A DNA stretch of 64,000 nucleotides from Carpediemonas membranifera BICM (taxonomy: Eukaryota > Protista > Fornicata), in assembly GCA_019828565.1 (NCBI GenBank), contig JAHDYR010000034.1, positions 1 through 64,000 on the forward strand, written 5' to 3'. The translations under genes and the position numbers were made by a program. The notes below the pieces were generated by a model that saw nothing but the letters and a program-made list of their open reading frames with translations, did no database searches and was not told the DNA's origin. Positions 42,342 through 53,694 of the stretch are shown here, piece after piece; position 1 is the stretch's first letter; the number at the start of each line of letters is the position of its first letter.

Positions 42342-44441
42342 TCACTTGCCCTCCCCGATCTGCGTCTTCCAAGCGGCGATGCGGGCCTGAACCGAGGAGA
42401 TACCGTCGATACCGCTGTTCCGCTTCAGCTTCATTTCCAACTCGCGGGCCTCGTCGTTGGAGGGCGGGCTCTGTTCTCCCGTTAGCCGCTGCGTCCGTGA
42501 CCTCAGCGCCATCAGCCGGTCTGCGACAGCCTGGTTGGGGGGTGTCGCCGGGCTGCCGGTCTGGGGCGTCAGGAGCAGCGCAGGCCTGCCGCTGTGGCTG
42601 GGCCGGAGCGTGGCGCTGGACGAAGACATCGCCAGCAGCGACTTCATCTGCGCTGGCCGCATCGTCGCACTCATGACGGGAGTGCGACGGGGCAAGGAAT
42701 CGTGGATGAAGGGTGTCGCCCGCCGCGGGGGCTCCTCGTCGCTCTCACTCTCGCTGCCCGTGTCGGTCTCGGTCTCGGAGTCCACCTGGCAGGCGTCCGC
42801 CAGGCCGGCCGAATGCTCGGGCTGGGATGGCGTCTCTGCCTGCACCTTATGTGGAGCGGGCTGGTTGACGGGGGTCTCCGGCTTCTTCGGCGGGGGCGGC
42901 GGGGAGTCGCGGACCAGAGGTGTCGTGGGCTTGGGTGGGACCGGCGGCGCCTTGCCCACAGGCGTGGCGATCGCCGGCTTGGGCGGGGGTGGCGGCGGGC
43001 CGGGAGTGAGCTTCGACGGGATTGGCGGGGCGGGCTTGCGGGCGTGGTCCTGCAGGGCCCTCTCGCGTGTGAAGCTGCTGGGCGTGCTGACGACGGACGC
43101 CGTGTCCGAGTCGTCGTCCGGGATGGGGCGGGATGGCGGGGGTGGGGGCGCGTCGAGCGAGAGGCTCGGTGTCCCGGCCGCAGCCTCGGTCTCCTGGGCA
43201 GCGGCCTCCTCGGGCGCCATTCGCTTGAAGCAGTCCATGCACACCCGCTGGGGCTTGTCGGAGAGGTGCTCAAGCACGACGCGGCCGCGGGAGCACGTTT
43301 TGCAGGCCAGAGCCCCGCAGGACCGGCAGTGGTGGCGCCGGAAGGTGAGCGTGAATTTGCGGCCGCACGAAGGACAGCAATCCTTCTCCTTGTCCGACTG
43401 CCACACTGGCGCGAGGCCCCGGGCATCGGTCTTGGGCAGGGCGGCGATGGTCGCCTCGATGTGTTGGACCCAGGTCTCTGTGCTCAGCTGGTCCGGACCG
43501 AACAGCTGGATGCTCTTCTTCTCCGTGAGAATAAGGATGGCGGTCGGGTCGTCCGCAGACGTCTGCACCTGGGCGCCCTGCAGGGGAAGCTGCATGTGGA
43601 ACTTGAACGTCGCCCCCAGCCCAGTCCCCAGCTCGGTCGCATAGACGATGCTATCGGACAGCAGGAAGATGTGGCGGGCCTTGCGCTTCTTGCGGCACTG
43701 CTTCGTGAGTGTCCCCTCGTATACGTAGCGGCGGGATGGCGCCACCAGCTCTGGGCAGCCCTGCATGTGGTACTGGATGTCCCGCAGCTTGTCCCGGTTC
43801 TCCTGGTCCCGGATGGCCTCGTTGATGCTCTTCGCGACCTTCTTGATCTCATCGAGAGCCACCTTCAAGTCGGGGTAGTCCGGGTGCCCCTCGACCGTGG
43901 CCCTGACCATGTCCTCCAGCAGCAAGGCGTACCGGGGCACGCGCTGGACGGGCATGATTAGGAGGGAGTGGATGTTCTGGCCAAAGCCCCCCATGTCGGC
44001 CCGGCTCGCCTCAAGCAGCGAGGCGAGCTTCGACGACCGCGCCTCGGCCTTGCGGAGGCGGTCAGAAGCGTTGTCGTACTTCGCAAGGTAGCTCTTGTAT
44101 ATGGTCAGGGTCTTGGCGAAGCGAGCGAAGGTCTTTCCGAGTCCGATGAATTCGACACCGTCCTGAGCCATGACGGTCTTGATGTCGTCCAAGAAGATGC
44201 TGTTGAGCTGATAAATGTTCTCAACACCTCTAAAAATGATCTCGAAGTCCTCTGTCGGCATCATCGCTGGGTCCGTTGCCATTGCGTCTTCAACGGCCTT
44301 TTTGTATTTGTTGACGATGGCATCTAAGTACATAACGTAGTTCTCTTCGGTCTTGTGTATCTCTTCCACAACAGTGGCACGGCCGCGCGCCATGCTATTC
44401 AACAATATTCGGTGGTTCGGTGGTATAGTCATAAACTGCAT
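42342..44441 (-). CDS. FGD-like RhoGEF: DH-PH-FYVE + proline-rich tail (start may be the ATG at 44393)
   Basis: EIHKTEENYV, LIMPVQRVPRYALLL, PH segment, WQSD...C..C...FT..FRRHHCRSCG...C...RVC..C. Confidence 0.93.
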   Translation of the reverse strand: MQFMTIPPNHRILLNSMARGRATVVEEIHKTEENYVMYLDAIVNKYKKAVEDAMATDPAMMPTEDFEIIFRGVENIYQLNSIFLDDIKTVMAQDGVEFIGLGKTFARFAKTLTIYKSYLAKYDNASDRLRKAEARSSKLASLLEASRADMGGFGQNIHSLLIMPVQRVPRYALLLEDMVRATVEGHPDYPDLKVALDEIKKVAKSINEAIRDQENRDKLRDIQYHMQGCPELVAPSRRYVYEGTLTKQCRKKRKARHIFLLSDSIVYATELGTGLGATFKFHMQLPLQGAQVQTSADDPTAILILTEKKSIQLFGPDQLSTETWVQHIEATIAALPKTDARGLAPVWQSDKEKDCCPSCGRKFTLTFRRHHCRSCGALACKTCSRGRVVLEHLSDKPQRVCMDCFKRMAPEEAAAQETEAAAGTPSLSLDAPPPPPSRPIPDDDSDTASVVSTPSSFTRERALQDHARKPAPPIPSKLTPGPPPPPPKPAIATPVGKAPPVPPKPTTPLVRDSPPPPPKKPETPVNQPAPHKVQAETPSQPEHSAGLADACQVDSETETDTGSESESDEEPPRRATPFIHDSLPRRTPVMSATMRPAQMKSLLAMSSSSATLRPSHSGRPALLLTPQTGSPATPPNQAVADRLMALRSRTQRLTGEQSPPSNDEARELEMKLKRNSGIDGISSVQARIAAWKTQIGEGK

Positions 44442-44679
44442 CGATCAGGCCGGCAATACTGGCGACAGGATCTGGCAGCTGTACGTCGGATGGCACAGCC
44501 GCCCTCTCTCTCCAGCGAGCTTGGGTCGACAGACGCTTTAAACTGCACCTTGGCCAATGCAACCGTTCGATTCGGACGCAAGACTAACGCACCCAAGCAT
44601 GCGAGCAGAGCTTCCCAAGCTGCTCTCTGATACGACAAGATAGACGTGGCGACCCGTGTGACTGTGTGACCCGCCGACA

Positions 44680-46011
44680 ATGGTCAGCCTACTGAAGACC
44701 AGCCAGGGACATTTTGATGCCCTCCTGGCAAGCGCCTCTGATGAAATTGAACTTCGTATTGCAGCTGTCATGAACAGTGGCCTTGTGAACGACTATGACG
44801 CGTTCTCTGTGGCGAAAGAGCGTTTGCTCGAGCTTGAGCCCGTCGTTTCCTATCTCACGAGCACCGAGAAGGCAATGTACAAGATGCTTGTGCATGAATA
44901 CCGAACTACTGTGGAATACATGGCGGACGTCACCTTGAAGCACGAGGGCATGGTGCTCGACGAGATCGCGGCAATCCGTGCCAAGCTCGATAATACCAGC
45001 AATATAGACGACCACGTCGCTCTCATGGGGCGTCTTGCTTCCCTTTCCCTGTACGACTACTCCGAAAAGCAGCCGTCTGGAAGGCCTGATCCCACTGACG
45101 TGGCACCCCCCAAACCGGGGCCACTCGGCGCCGTCATCGATGCAATCAGCAAGTATCCTATCGCATGCCAGTCGAATGTGGCTGCGGTGCGGTGCGACGA
45201 CCTGGGGCTCACCCGGTTGACGGCCCAAGCGGTCGTCCCCACCCTCGCCATGTTCGACCCCATCACCGCAGACACCGCACAGGCCGCATGCCACGTGCTG
45301 GCGGCGTCGCTGGGCATGCCCGTCACCCGAGCCCCGGTGTCGACGCTGCTGCTGCTGTACAGCGGGCTCGACGTCATCAGGGCCAAGTTCCCGGAGGTCC
45401 GGGTCGACGAGATACTCAAGCGGCTCCGTTCTGTCATACTGACCTCCGTGTTGACGGATTCGGGCCTCTCAGATCACATCGACCTGTTTGAGGCCCGCCT
45501 GGACGTCGCAGCCCGGGACAACGAGCGGGACCTGTCGGAGCAGCTCGTGTCAGAGTCGCTGTCTCCGATCTGCGAGACGATCACAGCCAAGGCTGCCGGC
45601 ATGCGGATGTTCCTGCCGACTGACGGGTTCAAGTCAGTCTTCGGACGGCTCATCAACGACTTCGTGTTCAATCGGGTTGTCGGGGCCATCTTTGCGCTGA
45701 AAGACATCAGCATTGCGACGTCCGAGGTGCTCCACACCTGGATCACGACGGAGATGCCGCGCTTCCTCCACACCAACGGGTTCAGCCCGACCAGTCCGGA
45801 CGACGCCCAGTACGTCAAGCAGTACCACCGTCTGATGGCGATTTCGTGCTTGCTCGCTATGCGCATGGCCGAGATCGGGCGGTATGTCGAGGACTGCAGG
45901 ACCAGCTGCCCCCTGACCGCGAATGAGCTCGAGCGGGTGGTGCGGATGGTGTTCACGGACAATGAGAACCGCGCGGGGCTGATTGCTAAGATCCGTGAGA
46001 CAGTGGGGTGA
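44680..46011 (+). CDS. ZW10: ZW10/Dsl1-like protein (shortened)
   Basis: C-terminal IFALKDIS...LTANELERVVRMVFTDNENRAGLIAKI matches the ZW10 pattern LEDIS...EVxxLIRALFxNxxxRxxxLAKI. Confidence 0.7.
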   Translation: MVSLLKTSQGHFDALLASASDEIELRIAAVMNSGLVNDYDAFSVAKERLLELEPVVSYLTSTEKAMYKMLVHEYRTTVEYMADVTLKHEGMVLDEIAAIRAKLDNTSNIDDHVALMGRLASLSLYDYSEKQPSGRPDPTDVAPPKPGPLGAVIDAISKYPIACQSNVAAVRCDDLGLTRLTAQAVVPTLAMFDPITADTAQAACHVLAASLGMPVTRAPVSTLLLLYSGLDVIRAKFPEVRVDEILKRLRSVILTSVLTDSGLSDHIDLFEARLDVAARDNERDLSEQLVSESLSPICETITAKAAGMRMFLPTDGFKSVFGRLINDFVFNRVVGAIFALKDISIATSEVLHTWITTEMPRFLHTNGFSPTSPDDAQYVKQYHRLMAISCLLAMRMAEIGRYVEDCRTSCPLTANELERVVRMVFTDNENRAGLIAKIRETVG

Positions 46012-46223
46012 GGACGTAAATGCCGCTTGCAAATCTGGTCAAGCCGGCTGAGCTGGGTCTACACAATTGGAGTGATGCGGCATATGATGATGATACACGG
46101 CGACGGCGGAGGGGATCACGGCACTCTTCTACGGCTCTTCTTCCAGTATGAGACCGAAACGAGTGTGCGTATTTTACAAAGTCAACCAATCACCGATTGG
46201 AAGAATCGAGCAGCTTGGCGTTA

Positions 46224-48875
46224 ATGATTCTGCACCGCTCATGTATCATACTATTCTTCATTCTTAGCCTTCTTGTGGCTGACAGTGCTTGTCTGGACAT
46301 TTATTCATTTGTTGACGGAATGATCCCGAACAACGGCCTGCTTCACCGAGTGCTCGAGAGGCTGAAGGATCAGGAGGAGTCGTTTCAAGACAGCATGTTC
46401 TCTATAGACCACATTGTGGTGACAAGCAACCAGACGGTGAACGTCACCGACCCGACGCCATACCACCCCGGCCAGGAGAACTTCCCCACGCAGGCCGCGG
46501 TCGGTACGTACACGCTGGTGCTCCCCACGCACGGACAGGACATCTATGTGTACACCCGTGCCGCGGGGGAGTACCAGTTCGACCTGTCCGGGCCCGCCCA
46601 GACGCTGACCTGGCCCATGGAGGACACGGGGGCGGCGACGTTCCTATTCTTCGCATCCATACTGAAGATGAACAACAACGGGGACGTCGTCATCTGCCGG
46701 GAGCCGATCGTCAACCCCACGGCCACTGTCGGCTACTCTCATGGCGTCCGGTGCCGCTACTACGACCTGGACACCGAGACCCTGACGTACACCGAGAACA
46801 CGGGGCTGCCCGCAGGCTGGGGCGGGTACACGGCGGGCCTGACGAGCGTGCAGCTGAGCCACCCGATGGGTTGGACCGACGGGGCGTTCGTGCTGTCGGT
46901 GGCCAACACCTCTCTCCAGACCATCTCCGTGGAGGTCTGGGAGGGTGTTTCATTCGACTACCTCGGCAGCCGGCGGTTCACCCTCGACGAGGGGGGCCAG
47001 GGGTACCTCTTCGGATACGCCGTGGACGTCAACGACGACACCATTTTCATCGGGACGCCCTTCGCCATGACGGTGTTCCAGTGCCCGATCGCCAACACGA
47101 CGGGCCCGATGGACATGGCGGACTGTGACTCGCTCATCTTCGGGGCGATGCCGATGGGGATGTTCTCCTCCAGTCTCAGCGCCGCAGACGGGTACATGCT
47201 CGTCACGGCACCCAGGGCGGCGCTGTCGGTGGCGTTCCCGTACATGACCGAGACCAGGACGCTGCCCGATAGTTCGTCCTTTACGATGCACCGCCTTCCA
47301 GACTCCATGGAGGACGCCTTCGTGTTCGAGTGGGACAACCCCTTCGCCCTCCCCGCGGAGTACACCACCGCCCGCGGCGGGTTCAGTGCCGTGGCTGGTG
47401 CTCTGGGCGATGTGCACCTCATCTACTTCCCCGGCCCCACTGACGCCCACAGGACCGCCATGACGGCCGACCTCAGTGCCACGATGCTGTGGGACACCAC
47501 CAGGGACATGGACGAGCCTCTCTGGGGCATCGTCAGACCCCACATGGGTTCCCCGGCGCAGGTCGACTTCCACGAGACGCACGACTGGGTCGAGCCCGTC
47601 AGCGTCGTCGTCGGCCGGCACCTGCACGACGAGGACACGACGCACACCGTCCACGAGCTCTGGGTATTCACGGTCGGACTGGCGACAGACTTCGCGGATG
47701 TCTACATCATTCTGTTCATCGCCTTCGTCGCCGCCGTCGCCCTCATCGTCCTCCTGCTAGCCGCCCTGCTCGCGGCCGTCTTCGTCGTATCGTCGCTGTC
47801 CTCCGTGCTGTTCATGCTCGCTATCATCGTCGGGGCGGGCCTCGTCTTCGGGACACTCGGCGGGTTGGTCGCCTCTGTCGCCTTCCTCGTCCGGTGGTCG
47901 TTCCGCATGGTCCGCATGAGGCGACAGAGGGCCGAGACGAAGGCCGAGCTTGCCCAGCTCAACATCCGGCCGGACCACCCGATATTCAGCACCATACTCG
48001 ACTTCTACGTCCCCCCCTCGCAGATCCAGGAGACGACTCTCATCGCGTCAGGTGGATTCGGGTCCGTGTCGCGTGCCGTGTACAAGGGCCAGGTGGTTGC
48101 GGTCAAGAAGATGCACGAGCTGATCCAGTCAGACCCGAAGGCCATGGACGAGTTCGCCCGGGAGGCGCGGTCCTTGGTCAACCTGCGGCATCGGCACGTC
48201 GTCGGGTTCGTCGGGGCGACCCTAAAGCTGCCCAACATCTTCCTCGTGACCGAGTACTGCCAGCTCGGCAGCCTCGACCAGTACCTCGCCACGCTGCGGA
48301 ACAAGCAGCAGCTCAGCGGCGCGCGGCTCACGGACCTGCTGGCGCAGGCGGCGGAGGGTCTGGCCTTCGTCCACTCGCGCCGCTTCATCCACCGCGACGT
48401 GAAGGCGGCGAACTTCTTCGTGGGTGTCGAGGACTACGTCGCCCTCGGCCGGCCCAAGCAGCGCATCGTCGTCAAGGTCGGCGACCTCGGCCTGGCCGTT
48501 AGCACGAAGAACAAGACCATCTCGAACGTCGGCACGCCCGGATACAGCGCGCCCGAGGTGCACCAGGAGACGTACACGAACAAGGTCGACGTCTTCTCGT
48601 TCGGCGTCACCATGTGGGCGTGCTTCTCGGGCCGCGAGCCCTTCGACGACATCCCAGACGCCCACCCGATGCAGATCCTCCAGATGGTCGCCGCGGGCCG
48701 CCGCCCCCAGCTCGACGCCGTCCCCGCGGAGGTCGCCCCGCTCGTGCAGCGCTGCTGGCAGGCCGAGGCCGACAGCAGGCCGACGATGCGTGAGGTCGCC
48801 ATAGCGCTCAGACACCTCGAGGGTGAGGTGATGACAGCCAACCCAGTGCGCGGAGCGGCCCGCAACACACTGTGA
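46224..48875 (+). CDS. Receptor-like TKL protein kinase 1 (signal peptide, FG-GAP-like ectodomain, long hydrophobic segment)
   Basis: SGGFGSV, VAVKK, HRDVKAAN, DLG, GTPGYSAPE, DVFSFG; ectodomain LFGYAVDVNDDTIFIGTP. Confidence 0.92.
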   Translation: MILHRSCIILFFILSLLVADSACLDIYSFVDGMIPNNGLLHRVLERLKDQEESFQDSMFSIDHIVVTSNQTVNVTDPTPYHPGQENFPTQAAVGTYTLVLPTHGQDIYVYTRAAGEYQFDLSGPAQTLTWPMEDTGAATFLFFASILKMNNNGDVVICREPIVNPTATVGYSHGVRCRYYDLDTETLTYTENTGLPAGWGGYTAGLTSVQLSHPMGWTDGAFVLSVANTSLQTISVEVWEGVSFDYLGSRRFTLDEGGQGYLFGYAVDVNDDTIFIGTPFAMTVFQCPIANTTGPMDMADCDSLIFGAMPMGMFSSSLSAADGYMLVTAPRAALSVAFPYMTETRTLPDSSSFTMHRLPDSMEDAFVFEWDNPFALPAEYTTARGGFSAVAGALGDVHLIYFPGPTDAHRTAMTADLSATMLWDTTRDMDEPLWGIVRPHMGSPAQVDFHETHDWVEPVSVVVGRHLHDEDTTHTVHELWVFTVGLATDFADVYIILFIAFVAAVALIVLLLAALLAAVFVVSSLSSVLFMLAIIVGAGLVFGTLGGLVASVAFLVRWSFRMVRMRRQRAETKAELAQLNIRPDHPIFSTILDFYVPPSQIQETTLIASGGFGSVSRAVYKGQVVAVKKMHELIQSDPKAMDEFAREARSLVNLRHRHVVGFVGATLKLPNIFLVTEYCQLGSLDQYLATLRNKQQLSGARLTDLLAQAAEGLAFVHSRRFIHRDVKAANFFVGVEDYVALGRPKQRIVVKVGDLGLAVSTKNKTISNVGTPGYSAPEVHQETYTNKVDVFSFGVTMWACFSGREPFDDIPDAHPMQILQMVAAGRRPQLDAVPAEVAPLVQRCWQAEADSRPTMREVAIALRHLEGEVMTANPVRGAARNTL
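48003..48845. repeat. 843-bp kinase module repeated at 50795-51637
   Basis: Identical apart from one synonymous change noticed (CGG/CGA). Confidence 0.95.
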
Positions 48876-48960
48876 TGAGCACTGCTGTCCATATAAACGC
48901 CCTAGGTAGAGACTACACGGCCGGAGTGTTCGCAGTTTAGTGCAACATGTTGATGAGGAG

Positions 48961-51670
48961 ATGAGGACTTTGTCCGTTCTCTACGATGTGTTCGCAATCA
49001 TGCTTGGATTCTTAATTCTACAGGACGCGACTGTATATCGCTATGATTCCGTGACGACATTCACTTCCACCAACTTCTCCGACTTCGGTCGCGGCCTGAA
49101 GATCTTCGAGCGCAGCGAGAATCTCCACATCATATTACCGCAGCCAGAAAACAATCGAGTCGACGACTACATCCTCACGAAGGGCCCAGGCACAAGCCCG
49201 ACGTTCACGATCGAACACTTCCACACGTTCACGTCCTCGCGCGACATGCCCCGCTATGGGCACTTCACCGCGCTGACGGACGACCTCCTGTTCCTCTCTG
49301 GGTCCTACCAGATCGAGGTGTACGGGTGGGACCGCATATCCGCGGTCTGGCAGGACACCCCAGTCGTGGTCGACAGCTATCCGGGGGCGGGGTTCAGCGA
49401 CGAAAGCAGCCTCTTCATCGCTGTCAACAAAGACAACGACCTGCTCACTGTCAAGCCCATCCCCTTCGACAACACCACGGACGGTACCGTCGCACACACG
49501 CATTGCTCGGGGGGCACCGCGCCCACATGCAGCCCACTCACGCTGATGCCTGAGCCAGCAGGCCTTGTGCGCCCCTTCGGCTACAGCACATATCTCGGGC
49601 ACGGCCTGGCGTTCCTGCCGCGGCCGAGCCCGACCGAGCCCGCCGACTTCTTCGTCGGAGCGATGTACAACGGCACCAGCTTCCAGGGCACCGTCATCAG
49701 CTACTCCGGGGGCGGGGCCGCGAGCGAGCTCGTGACGCTGGTGAACGACACGATGGCCTACTTCAACGGCCACACGTTCGAGGTGCACGACGACACCACT
49801 CGTTCACTTTTCTTCACGCTAATGGGCGGGACCGTCACAACCGCACGGGACGGCGACTGTCTGCTGTGGGCTGGGACCGGGCTGTCCCGCGTGTACGTCG
49901 CGTGCGTGAGCACGGGGTCAGTGTCCTGGGTGGACAACGATGACAACGATGGTCCAGACGCCGCTGTCAACTTCGGATACTTTATTACAGTCGCGGGGGA
50001 TATTGTCGGGATCACCGCAGACGCGACAGTCAACCACAGGCCCGGGACTAAGGAGGTGGACCTCGAGGCGCAGTCCTCCAAACTGTGGCTCTTCCGTCTC
50101 GGGCTCGGGCAGTTCGACTTCTACGCCGCCCCGAAGCTCGCTCTTAGGAATGCCAGCGTCGACGTGCTTGGGCACGGTCCTGTGTTCGGCCTGACCCAGC
50201 TCCCCACCAGCCTGCCCCGCCTGCCCAGATCCCACGAGGACTGGTACGGCGCGGACTACGAGAGCGCGCTGTACCCAATGGGCGACGATATTCTCGTCGC
50301 CACACGGCACCTCAATACGTCGGTGTCCGCGGAGTCGCCCGGGTCCGTCGTCTCGCTGTACTACCTGACTCCGCTGTCCGAGCCCGTGCTGCGGCCCTGG
50401 ATCCGGGGCGCCATCAACGGTGGCAGGGACCTTATTTGGGGCATGCTGTTCGAGGACAACGCCACCATCCGCACAGCGATGCAGGCCGCTGCCCTTGGAC
50501 TCGTGCTGATCTTCGCCGTCCTCACCACCGGCCTCGCCCTGATCGGTGGGACCATCTTCGCGGCGTGGCACGTCATCCTGCTCATCGGCGACGTCATAGT
50601 CACCGCCGGGGGGCTCGTCACCGCCGTGGGCGCGGTACTGTACGGCGTGCTGCAGGGCGTGCGGCTGATGCAGCGCAGGGCGCAGCGAAAAGAGACGAAA
50701 GCCGAGCTGGCGCTGCTGAACATCACGCCCGACCACGCCCGTTTGTTCATCGCCACGATTACCCGATTACACAGTGTTCAAGCTCATATTCTCGTTCTAC
50801 GTCCCCCCCTCGCAGATCCAGGAGACGACTCTCATCGCGTCAGGTGGATTCGGGTCCGTGTCGCGTGCCGTGTACAAGGGCCAGGTGGTTGCGGTCAAGA
50901 AGATGCACGAGCTGATCCAGTCAGACCCGAAGGCCATGGACGAGTTCGCCCGGGAGGCGCGGTCCTTGGTCAACCTGCGGCATCGACACGTCGTCGGGTT
51001 CGTCGGGGCGACCCTAAAGCTGCCCAACATCTTCCTCGTGACCGAGTACTGCCAGCTCGGCAGCCTCGACCAGTACCTCGCCACGCTGCGGAACAAGCAG
51101 CAGCTCAGCGGCGCGCGGCTCACGGACCTGCTGGCGCAGGCGGCGGAGGGTCTGGCCTTCGTCCACTCGCGCCGCTTCATCCACCGCGACGTGAAGGCGG
51201 CGAACTTCTTCGTGGGTGTCGAGGACTACGTCGCCCTCGGCCGGCCCAAGCAGCGCATCGTCGTCAAGGTCGGCGACCTCGGCCTGGCCGTTAGCACGAA
51301 GAACAAGACCATCTCGAACGTCGGCACGCCCGGATACAGCGCGCCCGAGGTGCACCAGGAGACGTACACGAACAAGGTCGACGTCTTCTCGTTCGGCGTC
51401 ACCATGTGGGCGTGCTTCTCGGGCCGCGAGCCCTTCGACGACATCCCAGACGCCCACCCGATGCAGATCCTCCAGATGGTCGCCGCGGGCCGCCGCCCCC
51501 AGCTCGACGCCGTCCCCGCGGAGGTCGCCCCGCTCGTGCAGCGCTGCTGGCAGGCCGAGGCCGACAGCAGGCCGACGATGCGTGAGGTCGCCATAGCGCT
51601 CAGACACCTCGAGGGTGAGGTGATGACAGCCAACCCAACCCATCTGCGGGGCCGCATGACGACGATGTGA
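48961..51670 (+). CDS. Receptor-like TKL protein kinase 2; 34-nt intron 50741-50774
   Basis: Splicing GTTTGT...ATTACACAG joins the ectodomain/TM ORF to the kinase ORF (DHA-LFKLIFSFYVPP), paralleling kinase 1. Confidence 0.9.
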
Positions 51671-51889
51671 GGCAACAGATGCTTAAATTGAACACACCGC
51701 CCGGTGGCCTTCAAGGGCCTGACGAATAAATGAATGGGAGCTGCTAAATGGTATTCACGTCTGAGAACCGCTGCGAACCTCGGTTACAGCGGCGAATCCC
51801 GTCGTCTGTTTTGGTCGTGTGCAGTTTTAGGTTCAACGGCATTCCCCCGCTTTTCTTCTTCAGACTCCCGTCAATCTCGCTAACAGCGA

Positions 51890-53600
51890 ATGAATACAGA
51901 TGAACTTATTGATATAGCAAAAGACTGGGGAAGTTTCTTGGGGTACTACGCCCTTCAAGCTTTTCTCTTCGTTTTCCTTCTATTCTGTTCTGGGTTGTTC
52001 AGCGGCCTGAACCTTGGTCTTCTTGGCCTCGATACACTCTCTCTGAAGGTTCTTATCGATGCTGGTAAGGACAAACAGAAGAAGGCCGCCAAGGTTGTCC
52101 TCCCGCTCCGGAAGCGGGGCAACCTCCTGCTCTGCACCCTCCTCCTCTCCAACGTCCTCGTCAACGCCGTCCTTGCTGTCATCAGCGCGAGACTCTTCGG
52201 TGACGGCATCGGCACCCTCATTGCCACCGCCCTGATCACGCTCTTTGGTGAGATCATTCCTCAGGCTATATGCAACCGATACGGCCTCTACGTGGGCGCC
52301 GTAGCCACCCCCGCTGTGTGGATCTGCCTCATCTGCCTCCTGCCCATCACGCTACCCCCTGGCCCTCTGTCTGAACTTCCTCCTGGGCGAGGAGATCGGG
52401 ACCGTGTACTCCCGGTCCGAGCTGAAGCAGCTCCTCGACTACCACTCCACCCTCCCCAGCAAGACGTCGGACTTCACCGCGCCCGAGGTCAAGATGCTGT
52501 CCTCGGCTATCGACTTCCAGGCGAAGACGGTGTCAATGGTGATGACCCAGCTCAAGGACGTCTTTATGATGAGCATCGACTCTGTCCTCGACACCCGCAC
52601 CATGTGCCAGCTGATGGAGACGGGCCACAGCCGCATCCCCGTGTACAGCGGCGCCCGGACGAACATCGTGGGCATCATTGTCGTCAAGGACCTCATCATC
52701 CTGTCGCCCGAGCACGCCATCCCCCTCCGCAACCTCATGGGCATCATCGGCCGCACCCCGATCGAGACGCACAGCGACGAGCGCCTCACGGAGCTGATGA
52801 ACACGTTCAAGTCCGGCCAGGCCCACATCGCCGTCGTCAAGGACGTCGTCGTCGACCCTGACGGCGATGCAGACCCTCAGTACGTGCTCCGCGGCATCGT
52901 GACGATGGAGGATGTCATCGAGGCCCTGCTGAACACGGAGATCGCCGACGAGACGGACAAGGTCGAGCTCGACGACATGGGCATGGTCCACTACAACGCC
53001 ATTGAGCGGACACGCCACGAGGACCTGCGCCAGCTGGCCTTCGCCCACCGCCGCTCCGACTTCAACCTGACTCATGCCCAGGCGAAGGCGACTGCGGCCT
53101 TCCTCCGCGACACGTACCCCGACCTCTTCGGGCCCAACCAGTTCTCAGCCACTCCGCTCGAGTCGTTCGTGCGGTCGGGCATGGTGGTCGACACGAAGAA
53201 GCTCACGGTCGCCGGGTGCCAGCGGCTGAGCGAGAACCACACTACGGTGACCCGACTGGATTTGTCGGAGATGACCGACGACCCCGAGAGCATCGCCGCC
53301 GACGTCGAGCTCTACACGCTCGGGAAGCCCAACTGCCACTTCACGATCGTCCTGCAGGGCGAGGTCAATGTCCGCTTCGGCCGCGACGGTTTTGTCGCCG
53401 CACTGAAGCCCTGGAACGTGCTCGGCCTGGAGGCGATCGAGGGCACGGAGAGCACGTTCGAGCCGACCTTCACGGCCCGCACGAACGGTGCTGTGCAGTA
53501 TGTGACGTTCACACGCAGCACGTACCTCCGCTACAGGGATATGATGGATGACGCGATCGCAGACGTCGGTGTCGACGTCTCGCTCGTCGGCGACGAGTGA
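51890..53600 (+). CDS. CNNM Mg2+ transporter with full 5' end but +1 C in the run at 52355-52359 (frameshift or sequencing error)
   Basis: MNTDELID... start; CTACCCCCTGG versus CTACCCCTGG in the other copy. Confidence 0.88.
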
Positions 53601-53694
53601 GCTCAGATAAATTTCGGTTATTGTTACTTTTAGAGGCTCCATTCAGAGAAGTAAACGCGGGCATCAGGATTCAAGGGCGGGGTTTACATGAAGC

